From NCBI GenBank assembly GCA_963848295.1, contig CAWKDB010000010.1, positions 2,784,001 to 2,848,000 of the forward strand: DNA of 64,000 nucleotides. The letters are read 5' to 3'. Shown here piece by piece: positions 52,655 through 61,269 of the stretch (within the stretch, counting starts at the first letter, position 1; each line of letters opens with the position of its first letter). Origin of the DNA: an uncultured delta proteobacterium (GTDB taxonomy: Bacteria; Myxococcota_A; Polyangia; Haliangiales; Haliangiaceae). Under the pieces are notes generated by a model. That model searched no databases. It worked only from the letters and a program-made list of their open reading frames with translations, and was not told where the DNA came from. The position numbers and the translations under genes were made by a program.

Positions 52655-53773
52655 GTGCGCATCGCGCGACTCGATCGCACGCAGCTCGACGCGGCCACCC
52701 GTGTGCTCGCCGCGGCGTGCGCGTTCGACCGCGCGGCCGAGGTCGCCGACGAGAAGCTCTTCGCGCCCGGCCCGAGCCGAACCGATCACTCGGAGGTCCG
52801 TGCGGAGCAAAGGACGGCCGACCCCTCGCGGCGAGGGTCCCCCTTTAGCGGGGGCCCGAGCCGAACCGATCGCTCGGATGTCCGTGCGGAGCAAAGGACG
52901 GCCGACCCCTCGCGGCGAGGGTCCCCCTTTAGCGGGGGCCCGAGCCGAACCGATCACTCGGAGGTCCGTGCGGAGCAAAGGCCGGCCGACCCCTCGCGGC
53001 CGGCCCCCGATGCCACCGCGATCGCGTTCGGCGCGCTGAACGGCAGCGAGCTCGTCGGTGTCGCCGCGGTGAGCGCGCGCTGGCTCCGACTGATCGCGGT
53101 CGTCCCCGAGGCGCGCGGCGCCGGCATCGGCTCGGCGCTGCTCGCGCAGTGTGAAGCCGCGGCTCGGAGCGCCGGTGAGCCGCGGCTGCGGGCGCTCGAT
53201 CAACCCGGCAACTACCTGGCCCCTGGCGTCGACGAGCGCAATCACGATGCGATCGGCTGGCTCGAGCGACGAGGCTTCGTGCGCGGCGAGCTACGCGACA
53301 ACGTCTTGATCGCGGTGCGCGATAACCCACGCGTCACCGCCGAGCGCGCCGCCGAGCTCGCGGCCCGGTGTCGCGCTGCGGGTTACGAGATTCGCCGCGC
53401 GCGCGGTGACGAGACCGCGCTGTGCGAAGCGGTCGCGGCCGAGTTCGGAGGCGCTTGGCCGTTCGAGCTCGCGCGCGCGCTCGGCCACGAGCCGGCCGGG
53501 GCTCACGTCGCGATCCACGCGGGCGCGTACTGCGGCTTTGCCGCCCACGACGGCAATAACCGTGGCCTCGGTTGGTTCGGTCCAACGGGTACGTGGCCGT
53601 CGCACCGAGGCAAGGGCCTCGGCGAGGCCTTGCTCGTCGCATGTCTCGTCGACGTCGCCGCTGCTCACGAACGCTGTGAAGTCGCGTGGATCGGCCCGCG
53701 ACCGTTCTACGAAAAAGTCGCCGGGATCGTCGGGGATCGGCGGTTCGTCTCGCTCGTGAAACCGTTGATCTAG
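52655..53773 (+). CDS. Tandem GNAT acetyltransferase carrying an in-frame repeat insertion
   Basis: VVPEARGAGIGSALL and WFGPTGTWPSHRGKGLGEALL motifs; 28-aa repeats near the N-terminus. Confidence 0.85.
   Translation: MRIARLDRTQLDAATRVLAAACAFDRAAEVADEKLFAPGPSRTDHSEVRAEQRTADPSRRGSPFSGGPSRTDRSDVRAEQRTADPSRRGSPFSGGPSRTDHSEVRAEQRPADPSRPAPDATAIAFGALNGSELVGVAAVSARWLRLIAVVPEARGAGIGSALLAQCEAAARSAGEPRLRALDQPGNYLAPGVDERNHDAIGWLERRGFVRGELRDNVLIAVRDNPRVTAERAAELAARCRAAGYEIRRARGDETALCEAVAAEFGGAWPFELARALGHEPAGAHVAIHAGAYCGFAAHDGNNRGLGWFGPTGTWPSHRGKGLGEALLVACLVDVAAAHERCEVAWIGPRPFYEKVAGIVGDRRFVSLVKPLI
52769..53001 (+). repeat. Tandem 84-bp repeat (family C) x ~2.8 inside the GNAT CDS
   Basis: CCCGAGCCGAACCGATC at 52771, 52855 and 52939; encodes GPSRTDHSEVRAEQRTADPSRRGSPFSG. 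Confidence 0.95.
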
Positions 53774-53802
53774 CCACCGGCAAACCGACGTATGCTTGTC
53801 TA

Positions 53803-54975
53803 GTGTGGGCGATCTCGTGCATCGTCGTGGCGCTCGTCGGCTGCGGCCGCCTGCGGTTCGACCCCGGCGAGGGCGCGGGTGGCGACGCTAGTACGACGAG
53901 TGACGGCATCCTCGGTGGCGATGGCCCCGGAAGCGACGCCGGGCCAGCGGTCGGCGCGAGCTATCCGGTCGGAAGCTCGCCGCTCGGAATCGCGACCGGC
54001 GACTTCAACAACGACGGCTACAACGATCTCGTCGTCACGAACTTCGGGACCGACACGATCAGCATCTTGCTGAACGACAAGACCGGCAAGTTCGGCCCGG
54101 CACAGACAATCACAGTAGGGAACGGGCCGATGGCGGTGTACGTCACCGATTTTAATGGCGACAGCAACGTCGATCTCGCGGTCGCGGACGGCGGCTCGAA
54201 CACGATCGCCGTGTTGCTCGGCGACGGCGCCGGCAACTTCTCAGCCGCGGCCTTCACGAACTGCGATACCGAGCCCGCCGCGCTTGGCCTTGGCGACTTC
54301 GATCGCGACGGTCATACCGATCTCGCGATCGCCGCGTACGGCGCAAACGAGGTCCAGGTGTTATTCGGCGACGGCACCGGCGCGTTCCCACGTAAGCGAA
54401 ACGTCGGGACCTGCACCTCGCCGAGCGGCATCGTCATGGGGCACTTCAACGCCGATAGCCACGACGATCTCGCGGTCAGCTGCTACGGCGACAACGCGCT
54501 ACTCGTGTTGCTCGGCGACGGCAGCGGCAACTTCCCCGGCCCGACACTTCTCGACATGGGCAGCCAAACCGCGCCGATGGGCATCGTCGCCTACGACTTC
54601 ACCGGCGACGGCAACACCGACCTCGCGGGCGCAGACTTCGGCACCGGCGAGGCCGGCTTGGCGAAAGGCGACGGCACCGGCATGTTCGGCGCGCCCGCAG
54701 GATTTCCCGCTGGCACGTCACCCGCCGCGATCGCGAACGGCGACGTCAACAAGGACAGCAAAGCCGACCTCGTGCTCGCGAACTATGTCTCCGGCGATTC
54801 GATCGAGGTGCTCCACGGTGACGGCACGGGCGGCTTCGCGACCCAGATGTCGTACACCGTCGGCTCGCAACCGGACGGCGTGCTGATCACCGAGCTCAAT
54901 CATGACGGCGCCGGCGATATCGTCGTGGCGAACGCCGGCTCCGACACGATCACGGTGATCCTCGGCCCGCTCTAA
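53803..54975 (+). CDS. FG-GAP/VCBS repeat lipoprotein (beta-propeller)
   Basis: Lipobox LVGC; seven DFNxDGxxDLxV...LLGDGxGxF-type repeats. Confidence 0.9.
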   Translation: MWAISCIVVALVGCGRLRFDPGEGAGGDASTTSDGILGGDGPGSDAGPAVGASYPVGSSPLGIATGDFNNDGYNDLVVTNFGTDTISILLNDKTGKFGPAQTITVGNGPMAVYVTDFNGDSNVDLAVADGGSNTIAVLLGDGAGNFSAAAFTNCDTEPAALGLGDFDRDGHTDLAIAAYGANEVQVLFGDGTGAFPRKRNVGTCTSPSGIVMGHFNADSHDDLAVSCYGDNALLVLLGDGSGNFPGPTLLDMGSQTAPMGIVAYDFTGDGNTDLAGADFGTGEAGLAKGDGTGMFGAPAGFPAGTSPAAIANGDVNKDSKADLVLANYVSGDSIEVLHGDGTGGFATQMSYTVGSQPDGVLITELNHDGAGDIVVANAGSDTITVILGPL

Positions 54976-55499
54976 CGCCGCGGCTTGACGAGCCCGCGAG
55001 CGAGCTTGATCAGGCCCGGATGAGCCTTCATGTTCGCGCGCAGCGCCTTGCTGAGGTTGTGAGGCATCTCGGCACCTAACGTCTTGCTCACCCACGTGGC
55101 GAATGCCTGATCTGGGGCGAGCACCTTCGCTTCGTCGGCGTCCGACGCTTCGTGGACGGCACGAGCCTCGTCGTCGGTGACGTTGATGAACACCATGAAG
55201 TCGTTCGTGCCGACCTTGGCGATCACCGCCAGTGCGCTCGCGACGTCGGCGCCGAGCACCGCGAGCTCGCCTTCGCCCCCGAGGACGACCACCGGGCAGC
55301 CGTCGAGCTCCGGCCCCGACTTCTTCCACACGGCGACGAGGCTTCCGTCACCCCGCGATGCAAACACGTGGAACTGGTCGTTTGCCGCCGCATTGTCGAA
55401 CCAGAACGCGCAATCGGGAGAGGCACTCCACGACAGGTCGCTCGGTTCGTGCTCGCTCAAGTAACGCTCGAGCTGTTCGAGCGCTTGGCCATTGGTCAT
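54972..55499 (-). CDS. Hypothetical protein resembling SMI1/KNR4 (SUKH) immunity proteins
   Basis: FASRGDGSLVAVW...PVVVLGGEGE pattern. Confidence 0.5.
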   Translation of the reverse strand: MTNGQALEQLERYLSEHEPSDLSWSASPDCAFWFDNAAANDQFHVFASRGDGSLVAVWKKSGPELDGCPVVVLGGEGELAVLGADVASALAVIAKVGTNDFMVFINVTDDEARAVHEASDADEAKVLAPDQAFATWVSKTLGAEMPHNLSKALRANMKAHPGLIKLARGLVKPRR

Positions 55500-55517
55500 G
55501 CCCGACCTACCTAAACG

Positions 55518-56258
55518 CTACGCGGTCCGCAGCTCGAGCAAGAACTCGACGTTGCCCGCGGGGCCGGTGATCGGCGATTCGACCTCGCGGCCGGCGACGA
55601 AGCCGTGATCGCTCGCCCACGCGCGCACCTTGTCGACCGCGCCGCGCCGCGCCCCTTCATCGCGGACCACCCCGCCCTTGCCGACGTGGGCGCGCCCGAC
55701 CTCGAACTGCGGCTTGACCAGCGCGACGATCGGCTTGCCGGCCGGCGGCCGCAGTAACTCGGCGACCCGCGGCAAGACGAGCGTCAGCGAAATGAATGAC
55801 ACGTCGATCACCGCGAGCCCACACGGCTCCGGCACCTTGTCGAGCTCGAGGTTGCGCGCGTTCTCGCGTTCGAGCACGACGACCCGCGGATCCTGGCGAA
55901 TCGACCACGCGAGCTGGCCGTATCCGACATCGATCGCATAGACCTTCGCGGCCCCGCGCTTCAACAACACGTCGGTGAAGCCGCCGGTCGACGCGCCGAT
56001 GTCGAGCGCGATCACGCCGCTCGGATCGATCCCGAATTCATCGAGCCCTTTGACCAGCTTCAGCGCGCCGCGCGAGACGTACGGATGATCGGCCTGGAGC
56101 AGCGAGAGCTCGGCGGTCGCCGCGACCAATGTCCCGGGCTTGGTCTGCTTCTGGCCATCGACCAGCACCGAGCCGCTCATCACGAGAGCCTGGGCGCGGT
56201 CACGGCTCGCGACGAACCCGCGGTCGACCAAGAGCTTGTCGAGGCGCTCGCGAGCCAC
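55518..56258 (-). CDS. tlyA: TlyA family rRNA (cytidine-2'-O)-methyltransferase
   Basis: S4 domain RLDKLLV; YVSRGALKL, LDIGASTGGFTD, DVSFISL, LVKPQFE, GNVEFL. Confidence 0.96.
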   Translation of the reverse strand: MARERLDKLLVDRGFVASRDRAQALVMSGSVLVDGQKQTKPGTLVAATAELSLLQADHPYVSRGALKLVKGLDEFGIDPSGVIALDIGASTGGFTDVLLKRGAAKVYAIDVGYGQLAWSIRQDPRVVVLERENARNLELDKVPEPCGLAVIDVSFISLTLVLPRVAELLRPPAGKPIVALVKPQFEVGRAHVGKGGVVRDEGARRGAVDKVRAWASDHGFVAGREVESPITGPAGNVEFLLELRTA

Positions 56259-56276
56259 CGACGGACTGTACACGCC

Positions 56277-56304
56277 TTGACAAATGGTACGGTCGTTCTA
56301 TTCT
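56277..56304 (+). promoter_or_regulatory. Sigma70-type promoter with a putative TetR operator in the spacer
   Basis: TTGACA-16 nt-TATTCT; spacer holds the imperfect palindrome GTACGGTCGTTC. Confidence 0.55.
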
Positions 56305-56310
56305 AGGAAG

Positions 56311-56910
56311 ATGACCAAAGGCGAAGAGACCCGGCAGGCCGTGCTCGCCCGAGCGTTCGAGCTCGCGAACGTTGTCGGCGTGACCGGCTTGTCGATCGGC
56401 CGACTCGCCGAGGCGACGGGCTTGTCGAAGAGCGGCCTGTTCGCGCACTTCGGCTCGAAGGACGCGCTCGAGGTCGCGGTCGTCGAGGAGGCGAGCCGGC
56501 AGTTCGTGCAAGAGGTCATGGTGCCGGCGCTGCGCGAGCCGCGCGGCGAGCCCCGAGTGCGTGCGTTGTTCGATCGCTGGTTGACCTGGGGCCAGCGTCC
56601 CGGTGGCTGTTTCTTCGTCGGAGCGAGCGCCGAGCTCGACGACCGCCCCGGCGCACCTCGGGACGCCCTGGTCCGCGCCTGCAAAGACTGGATCGACGAG
56701 CTCGCGAAGGCGGCTCGGATCGCGAAGACCGAAGGTCATTTTCGCGCCGACCTCGATCCCGATCAATTCGCGTTCGACCTCTACGGCATCACGCTCGGAT
56801 TCCACACGTTCTATCGCTTCCTCCGCGTGCCGGAAGCGCTCGCCCACACTCGCGCCGCTTTCGATCGCCTCGTCGCCGCCGCGCGCGCTCCCGCCCGCGG
56901 CTCCCGGTAA
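56311..56910 (+). CDS. TetR family transcriptional regulator
   Basis: HTH LSIGRLAEATGLSKSGLFAHFGSKDAL; PGGCFF. Confidence 0.95.
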   Translation: MTKGEETRQAVLARAFELANVVGVTGLSIGRLAEATGLSKSGLFAHFGSKDALEVAVVEEASRQFVQEVMVPALREPRGEPRVRALFDRWLTWGQRPGGCFFVGASAELDDRPGAPRDALVRACKDWIDELAKAARIAKTEGHFRADLDPDQFAFDLYGITLGFHTFYRFLRVPEALAHTRAAFDRLVAAARAPARGSR

Positions 56911-56930
56911 CCCTCACGCAAGGATGCGCC

Positions 56931-57890
56931 ATGCCCATATCGAGCTCGTCCGCGCCCAGAAATAGCACGACCGTTCGCTCGAAGACCGCCGTCCGGGTCG
57001 CCCGCGCCGCGCTGCAGACCGCGTTCATCGTGTCCGACGATCTCGGGGCCGCGTTCGCCGAGCGTATGTTCGTCACGCCGCGCTACTTCGACCGCCCGGC
57101 GCGCGAGCGCGAGGTGCTTGCATCGGGTCGCAGGTTCGTCGTCGACGTCGCGCTGCGCTCGCCGCGCTGGAACGGCGCGCACACACCGGTCACCGCATGG
57201 CGTTGGGGCCTCGGTCCGACCGCGCTCCTCGTCCACGGTTGGGAAGGTCGCGGTTCGCAGCTCGGCGCGTTTGTCGAGCCGCTCGTCGCCGCCGGCATGT
57301 CCGTCGTCGCGTTCGACGCGCCGGGCCACGGTGACTCGCCCGGGCATCGCCTCTATCTCACCGACCTGGCCGATTGCATCACGTCGGTCGCGACCGCGGT
57401 CGGTCCGCTACACGCCGCGATCGCGCACTCGTTCGGCGCGCCCGCGCTGCTGCTCGCGCACCTCCGCGGCGGAGTCGACGCCGCGCGCAACGTCGCGGTC
57501 TCGCCGAACGCAATCATCGCCGACGCGATCGCGAAGTTCTCGCAAGTCGTCGCGCTCGACCCGAGCGATCGCCGCGTGTTCGAGCAGCAGCTCGCCGCGC
57601 ACACCGGCGTCGCGCTCGATGCGCTGACGCTCGACCGCCTCGTCGCCGGCCGCGACGCCGCCCTCCTGGTCATCCACGACCGCAACGACAACGAGGTTCC
57701 ATTCGCGCACGGCTCGCGGCTCGCGGCGGCGTGGCCAGGCGCGATCTTGCTCGAGACCGACGGCCTCGGCCATCGCCGCATCCTTCGCGATCGCGCGGTG
57801 ATCGAATCCGCGGTCGCGTTCGCGAGCCACGGCATCGCCGCTCCCGCGTCGGACCTCGTCCGCGAGGTCGACCGCTACCTGCGTCCTTGA
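56931..57890 (+). CDS. Alpha/beta hydrolase
   Basis: LLVHGWEG, FDAPGHGDS, AHSFG, HDRNDNEV, GLGHRRIL. Confidence 0.92.
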   Translation: MPISSSSAPRNSTTVRSKTAVRVARAALQTAFIVSDDLGAAFAERMFVTPRYFDRPAREREVLASGRRFVVDVALRSPRWNGAHTPVTAWRWGLGPTALLVHGWEGRGSQLGAFVEPLVAAGMSVVAFDAPGHGDSPGHRLYLTDLADCITSVATAVGPLHAAIAHSFGAPALLLAHLRGGVDAARNVAVSPNAIIADAIAKFSQVVALDPSDRRVFEQQLAAHTGVALDALTLDRLVAGRDAALLVIHDRNDNEVPFAHGSRLAAAWPGAILLETDGLGHRRILRDRAVIESAVAFASHGIAAPASDLVREVDRYLRP

Positions 57891-57929
57891 CAGCCCCTGC
57901 CCCGATTGATACCCATACCGCCTGTTTCT

Positions 57930-58002
57930 GGGGTCATAGCTCAGCTGGGAGAGCGCTAGAATCGCACTCTAGAGGTCAGGGGTTCGATCCCCCTTGGCTC
58001 CA
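57930..58002 (+). tRNA. tRNA-Ala (anticodon CGC); CCA not encoded
   Basis: GGGGTCA/TGGCTCC acceptor stem with G3:U70, D arm AGCTCAGCTGGGAGAGC, anticodon arm CTAGA-ATCGCAC-TCTAG, T loop GTTCGATCC. Confidence 0.97.
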
Positions 58003-58011
58003 CGGAAAACC

Positions 58012-58050
58012 GAAGAGGTCTCGCAGCGATGCGAGGCCTTCTTTGTTTTC
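58012..58050 (+). terminator. Intrinsic terminator downstream of tRNA-Ala, repeated after each tRNA fragment
   Basis: GAGGTCTCGCA-GCGA-TGCGAGGCCTT hairpin followed by CTTTGTTTT. Confidence 0.8.
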
Positions 58051-58232
58051 GGCGTGCGGCAAGCGTTCTAGAGGCTGCTCTCGCACGCGTCGTCATTCCG
58101 TTCGCTTACGCAGTCCCGACCCTACGCAAACCGCTTCCAATCGTTCCGCAAAAACATTCTAGAGGTCCCGTCGTCACGTCGTCGCGTCCTGAACCCTTCT
58201 GGCTGCGTCGTTCCCGCGTGATAGCGTTCATT

Positions 58233-58445
58233 GTGGCAGCCGACGCTTCGAAAGTATCTCCAGCCGAGATCGCTGCACTCATGGTGCACCTCGATCCAGA
58301 GGTCCGCGACGCCATCGCCGATGTCGATCGAACGCTCATCGCGCTTGCGCTCGCGCAATCCCCCTGGGACCGGCTGAGGTCGGCATCTCGAATGGCGCAA
58401 GCCCTCGTCAGGATCCGGGATGGTGCCGCACCCCAAGGTCACTGA
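58233..58445 (+). CDS. Small partner protein (putative antitoxin) of the nucleotidyltransferase, cassette 1
   Basis: DVDRTLIALALAQSPWDRL motif; overlaps the next gene; start uncertain. Confidence 0.6.
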   Translation: MAADASKVSPAEIAALMVHLDPEVRDAIADVDRTLIALALAQSPWDRLRSASRMAQALVRIRDGAAPQGH

Positions 58446-58920
58446 CCTTCCCGCGCTGCTCGCGAAGCTGTGCGACGCCGGGATCGAGTTCATCATCGTC
58501 GGTGGCGCCGCCTGCGTGATCCAAGGCGCGCCGATCACGACCAACGATCTCGATATCGTCCATCAGAGGACGCCGGAGAACATCGAGCGGCTTCTCGCAG
58601 TCTTGCTCGAGCTCGATGCAACGATGCGCTACGACTTTGCGAACAGACGACTCCGCCCAACGACAGAGCTGTTAGCAGGCAGAGGACACCTGAACCTTTC
58701 CACCTCGCTCGGTCCGCTCGATCCGCTTTGCGAGCTCGACGGCCTGGGGTTCGACGAGTTGTTGGCCCATAGCCAGTCGGTGATCGATGAGGGGCGATTG
58801 CTTCGCGTACTGGACCTGCCGACGCTTATCACTGTGAAGACAAAGGCCGGACGACCGAAGGATCGACTCGTGCTCCCGATCCTGATCGCGACCCTCGAGG
58901 AGCGCGATAAGGCGAAGTGA
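58420..58920 (+). CDS. Pol-beta-superfamily nucleotidyltransferase (putative TA component), cassette 1
   Basis: FIIVGGAA...G...TTNDLDIV and LITVKTKAGRPKD motifs. Confidence 0.8.
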   Translation: MVPHPKVTDLPALLAKLCDAGIEFIIVGGAACVIQGAPITTNDLDIVHQRTPENIERLLAVLLELDATMRYDFANRRLRPTTELLAGRGHLNLSTSLGPLDPLCELDGLGFDELLAHSQSVIDEGRLLRVLDLPTLITVKTKAGRPKDRLVLPILIATLEERDKAK

Positions 58921-59084
58921 TTGACGGAACCCGGCGGTCGCGCGTGTTGCCCGGCGCGACGCCGACTCAACGCCAACGACCGCACGCAGTTGTTGGCCGT
59001 CACCGTTCCGCAAATTCGTCGACGGAGATCCGCGCACTGCGAAACGTTTCCCACTGGAACCTCGCGAGATTCCTCGGCGCGCCC

Positions 59085-59179
59085 AGAATCGCACTCTAGA
59101 GGTCAGGGGTTCGATCCCCCTTGGCTCCACGGAAAACCGAAGAGGTCTCGCAGCGATGCGAGGCCTTCTTTCGTTTCGG
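59085..59179 (+). repeat. att-like copy 2: tRNA-Ala 3' half plus terminator
   Basis: 59085..59129 identical to 57958..58002. Confidence 0.97.
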
Positions 59180-59351
59180 ACGCACGCGAATCGTTCCGCA
59201 AGCCGTTCTAGAGGTCTGCTCTCGCACGCAGTGTCATTCCGTTCGCTTACGCAATTCCGGCCCACCCGAAGCGCTTCCAATCGTTCCGCAAAGCATTCTA
59301 GAGGTCCCGTCGATCGGTCGGTCACGTCGCGCGTCCGAATGCCACGCAGCG

Positions 59352-59568
59352 CTATCGAAAGCGCCAAGGCTCGGGACGAAGACGTGCCAGCGAACGCGCG
59401 ACGGCCGCCGGGTCGATCTCGACGCGCTCCTTCATCAATCGGAACAAGGCCTCGGCCACCACAGACGCGATCGCGTGGATGCCCGCAACACATCGAGCAG
59501 ATCGAGCCACCGAGCGCAGGGCAACTGCGCTTGCCTTTGCGTTGTTTGCAGAAGCTGCATACCGCCAC
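59352..59568 (-). pseudogene. Truncated Cys-rich Zn-finger gene remnant, cassette 2
   Basis: MAVCSFCKQRKGKRSCPALGGSICSMCCG, after which the frame loses coding character. Confidence 0.45.
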
Positions 59569-59660
59569 CGCGACCTTTCGTAGCCCGCTAGCATCTGCGA
59601 CGCAATGCCTGGCAGTCGTTCCGCAGGATCCTCGACCAAGACTCGGCGTTGGGGACCTTG

Positions 59661-59963
59661 CTACACGTCGGGGCTGCGGCCCGCGAGCGCATTCCAGACG
59701 AGCAACACCTCGATGTCACCAGCTACTTCGTCAACTCGGTAGTAGACGTGGTTGCGCGTCTTCGGCATGAGGATTCGCCAAACGATCCGGCCGCCACGCG
59801 CTGCGTACTGCTGACGCTCCGCGTCCGCACCACCGCGCAGCTTGGTCACGATCGCGGACAGCTCTTCGACGAATACGCCCGGAGCCTTTTCACGATGCTG
59901 CTCCCACCACGTTCGCTTCTCTCGGACCGAGAGCCGAGCCTCCGGCGTGAAGCGAACTCTCAC
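59661..59963 (-). CDS. RelE/ParE-family toxin, cassette 2
   Basis: 100 aa; MRVRFTPEA N-terminus, RILMPKTRNHVYYRV...IEVLLVW. Confidence 0.8.
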   Translation of the reverse strand: MRVRFTPEARLSVREKRTWWEQHREKAPGVFVEELSAIVTKLRGGADAERQQYAARGGRIVWRILMPKTRNHVYYRVDEVAGDIEVLLVWNALAGRSPDV

Positions 59964-60190
59964 TGATGACGAAGCTCGTCCAGAACGTCGTCAGCGTCCA
60001 CCAACTCGCCAGCATCTGCCTGTGCGGCGCTTCGTTCGAGCGCTTGTTCGAGCGCCGCGCGCTCATCGTTGCTCATGTTGTCAGCCGCCGCGTCGTAGAG
60101 GTACACGCGAACCTCAGCGCCGTCGGGTAGATCGACCGGCTCGTCAACGACGATCTTTCCGTTCACAACATGAGCTCGGAGCGCGGTCAC
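59960..60190 (-). CDS. Putative antitoxin, cassette 2
   Basis: RAHVVNGKIVVDEPVDLPDGAEVRV beta domain, acidic C-terminus; GTGA overlap with the toxin. Confidence 0.75.
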   Translation of the reverse strand: MTALRAHVVNGKIVVDEPVDLPDGAEVRVYLYDAAADNMSNDERAALEQALERSAAQADAGELVDADDVLDELRHQ

Positions 60191-60315
60191 GAGATCAAGA
60201 TACACGAGCCGAGTCGGTTCGCGTCCGTTCCGCAACTTCTCCCAGAACATCCAAGACGTTGCACCGATTGCGGAATGTTCTGCTCCTCAATTCCGCGGGA
60301 TTCCTCGGCGCGCCG

Positions 60316-60410
60316 AGAATCGCACTCTAGAGGTCAGGGGTTCGATCCCCCTTGGCTCCACGGAAAACCGAAGAGGTCTCGCAGCGATGCGAGGCCTTCT
60401 TTGTTTTCGG
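60316..60410 (+). repeat. att-like copy 3: tRNA-Ala 3' half plus terminator
   Basis: 60316..60360 identical to 57958..58002. Confidence 0.97.
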
Positions 60411-60429
60411 ATCGTTCCCCAGCTTCGCA

Positions 60430-60810
60430 TCACGGCCGAACGAGCTCCACATCGAGGTCGGCCGCGCGAGCAAGCGGCGCTAGGTCCTCTGGATCAGACG
60501 TGATGATTCGATCGCCATCGCTCGCCAACAGGACCAGCGCAGCGTCAATGACATCATCTTGTTTTGCTCGGGCCAACAGCTCGCCAGCTGCGCGGCCGAG
60601 CACCGCATCCAGCCGCCGTATGTCGATCACGTCGAATGCCCGCGCAAGCAGCGCCTGACGGGGCCCCCGCCCGCGCCACGCCTGACCGACGATCCCGCCG
60701 TGAGACAACGGTGCCTCGCGGGACTGCAGAGCTTGCTTTAGACGCTGCCACATCGCGCGATCATTCCGTTCGAGCGCTATCAGCGCACCGGTATCAAAGA
60801 TCAGCCTCAT
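60430..60810 (-). CDS. PIN-domain (VapC-like) toxin, cassette 3
   Basis: LIFDTGALI, DVIDAALV, IITSDPEDL acidic PIN motifs. Confidence 0.85.
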   Translation of the reverse strand: MRLIFDTGALIALERNDRAMWQRLKQALQSREAPLSHGGIVGQAWRGRGPRQALLARAFDVIDIRRLDAVLGRAAGELLARAKQDDVIDAALVLLASDGDRIITSDPEDLAPLARAADLDVELVRP

Positions 60811-61115
60811 GCCACCTTCGAACGCCGCTTGCTTGTGCGGTTCTTAAGTGGGCCCCGGATCACGTTTGCCTTGCGCCGATCCTCGCGTTCACGTGCCGCG
60901 AGCTCGGATGGTGTGATCTCTCCATACTCAGCCTCATAGCCGGCGAGCAGGTCGGACAGGGCGGCGAGGCGGCGCTCTTTGAGCACATGCTCTGCAACGG
61001 CGAGATTGATCCAAGCACTCAACGAATCCGCCCGACCCGCTGCAATGGCGGCGTTGGCGGCCTCGACCAGGGCGCGGTCAAGGGTGACGGTAACCCGCTC
61101 TTTCGTCTCACTCAT
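60807..61115 (-). CDS. Ribbon-helix-helix (VapB-like) antitoxin, cassette 3
   Basis: KERVTVTLD...SLSAWINLAV...YEAEYGEITPSEL; ATGA overlap with the PIN gene. Confidence 0.8.
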   Translation of the reverse strand: MSETKERVTVTLDRALVEAANAAIAAGRADSLSAWINLAVAEHVLKERRLAALSDLLAGYEAEYGEITPSELAAREREDRRKANVIRGPLKNRTSKRRSKVA

Positions 61116-61269
61116 ACTATTATCATACCATCGTATGCGCAACGTCAGGACGCCGATCGAGCCCGGCAAATGCGTTGTCCCACCTAACCGTTCCGCAGAT
61201 TCCTCGTCGGAGACTCGGCGTTGCGGAACGCTCGTGGCCCTCAACCCCGCGGGATCCCTCGGTGCGCCC

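Noticed and set aside
52769..53001. Possible CRISPR array
   Set aside because: Units are contiguous near-identical 84-mers with no unique spacers, lie inside a CDS, and no cas genes are present.
53990..54960. Internal DNA repeats as a mobile or array element
   Set aside because: Explained by ordinary FG-GAP protein repeats.
58672..59568. 298-aa ORF spanning att copy 2
   Set aside because: Only the first ~30 codons look protein-like; the rest runs antisense through the arm, the tRNA fragment and the nucleotidyltransferase.
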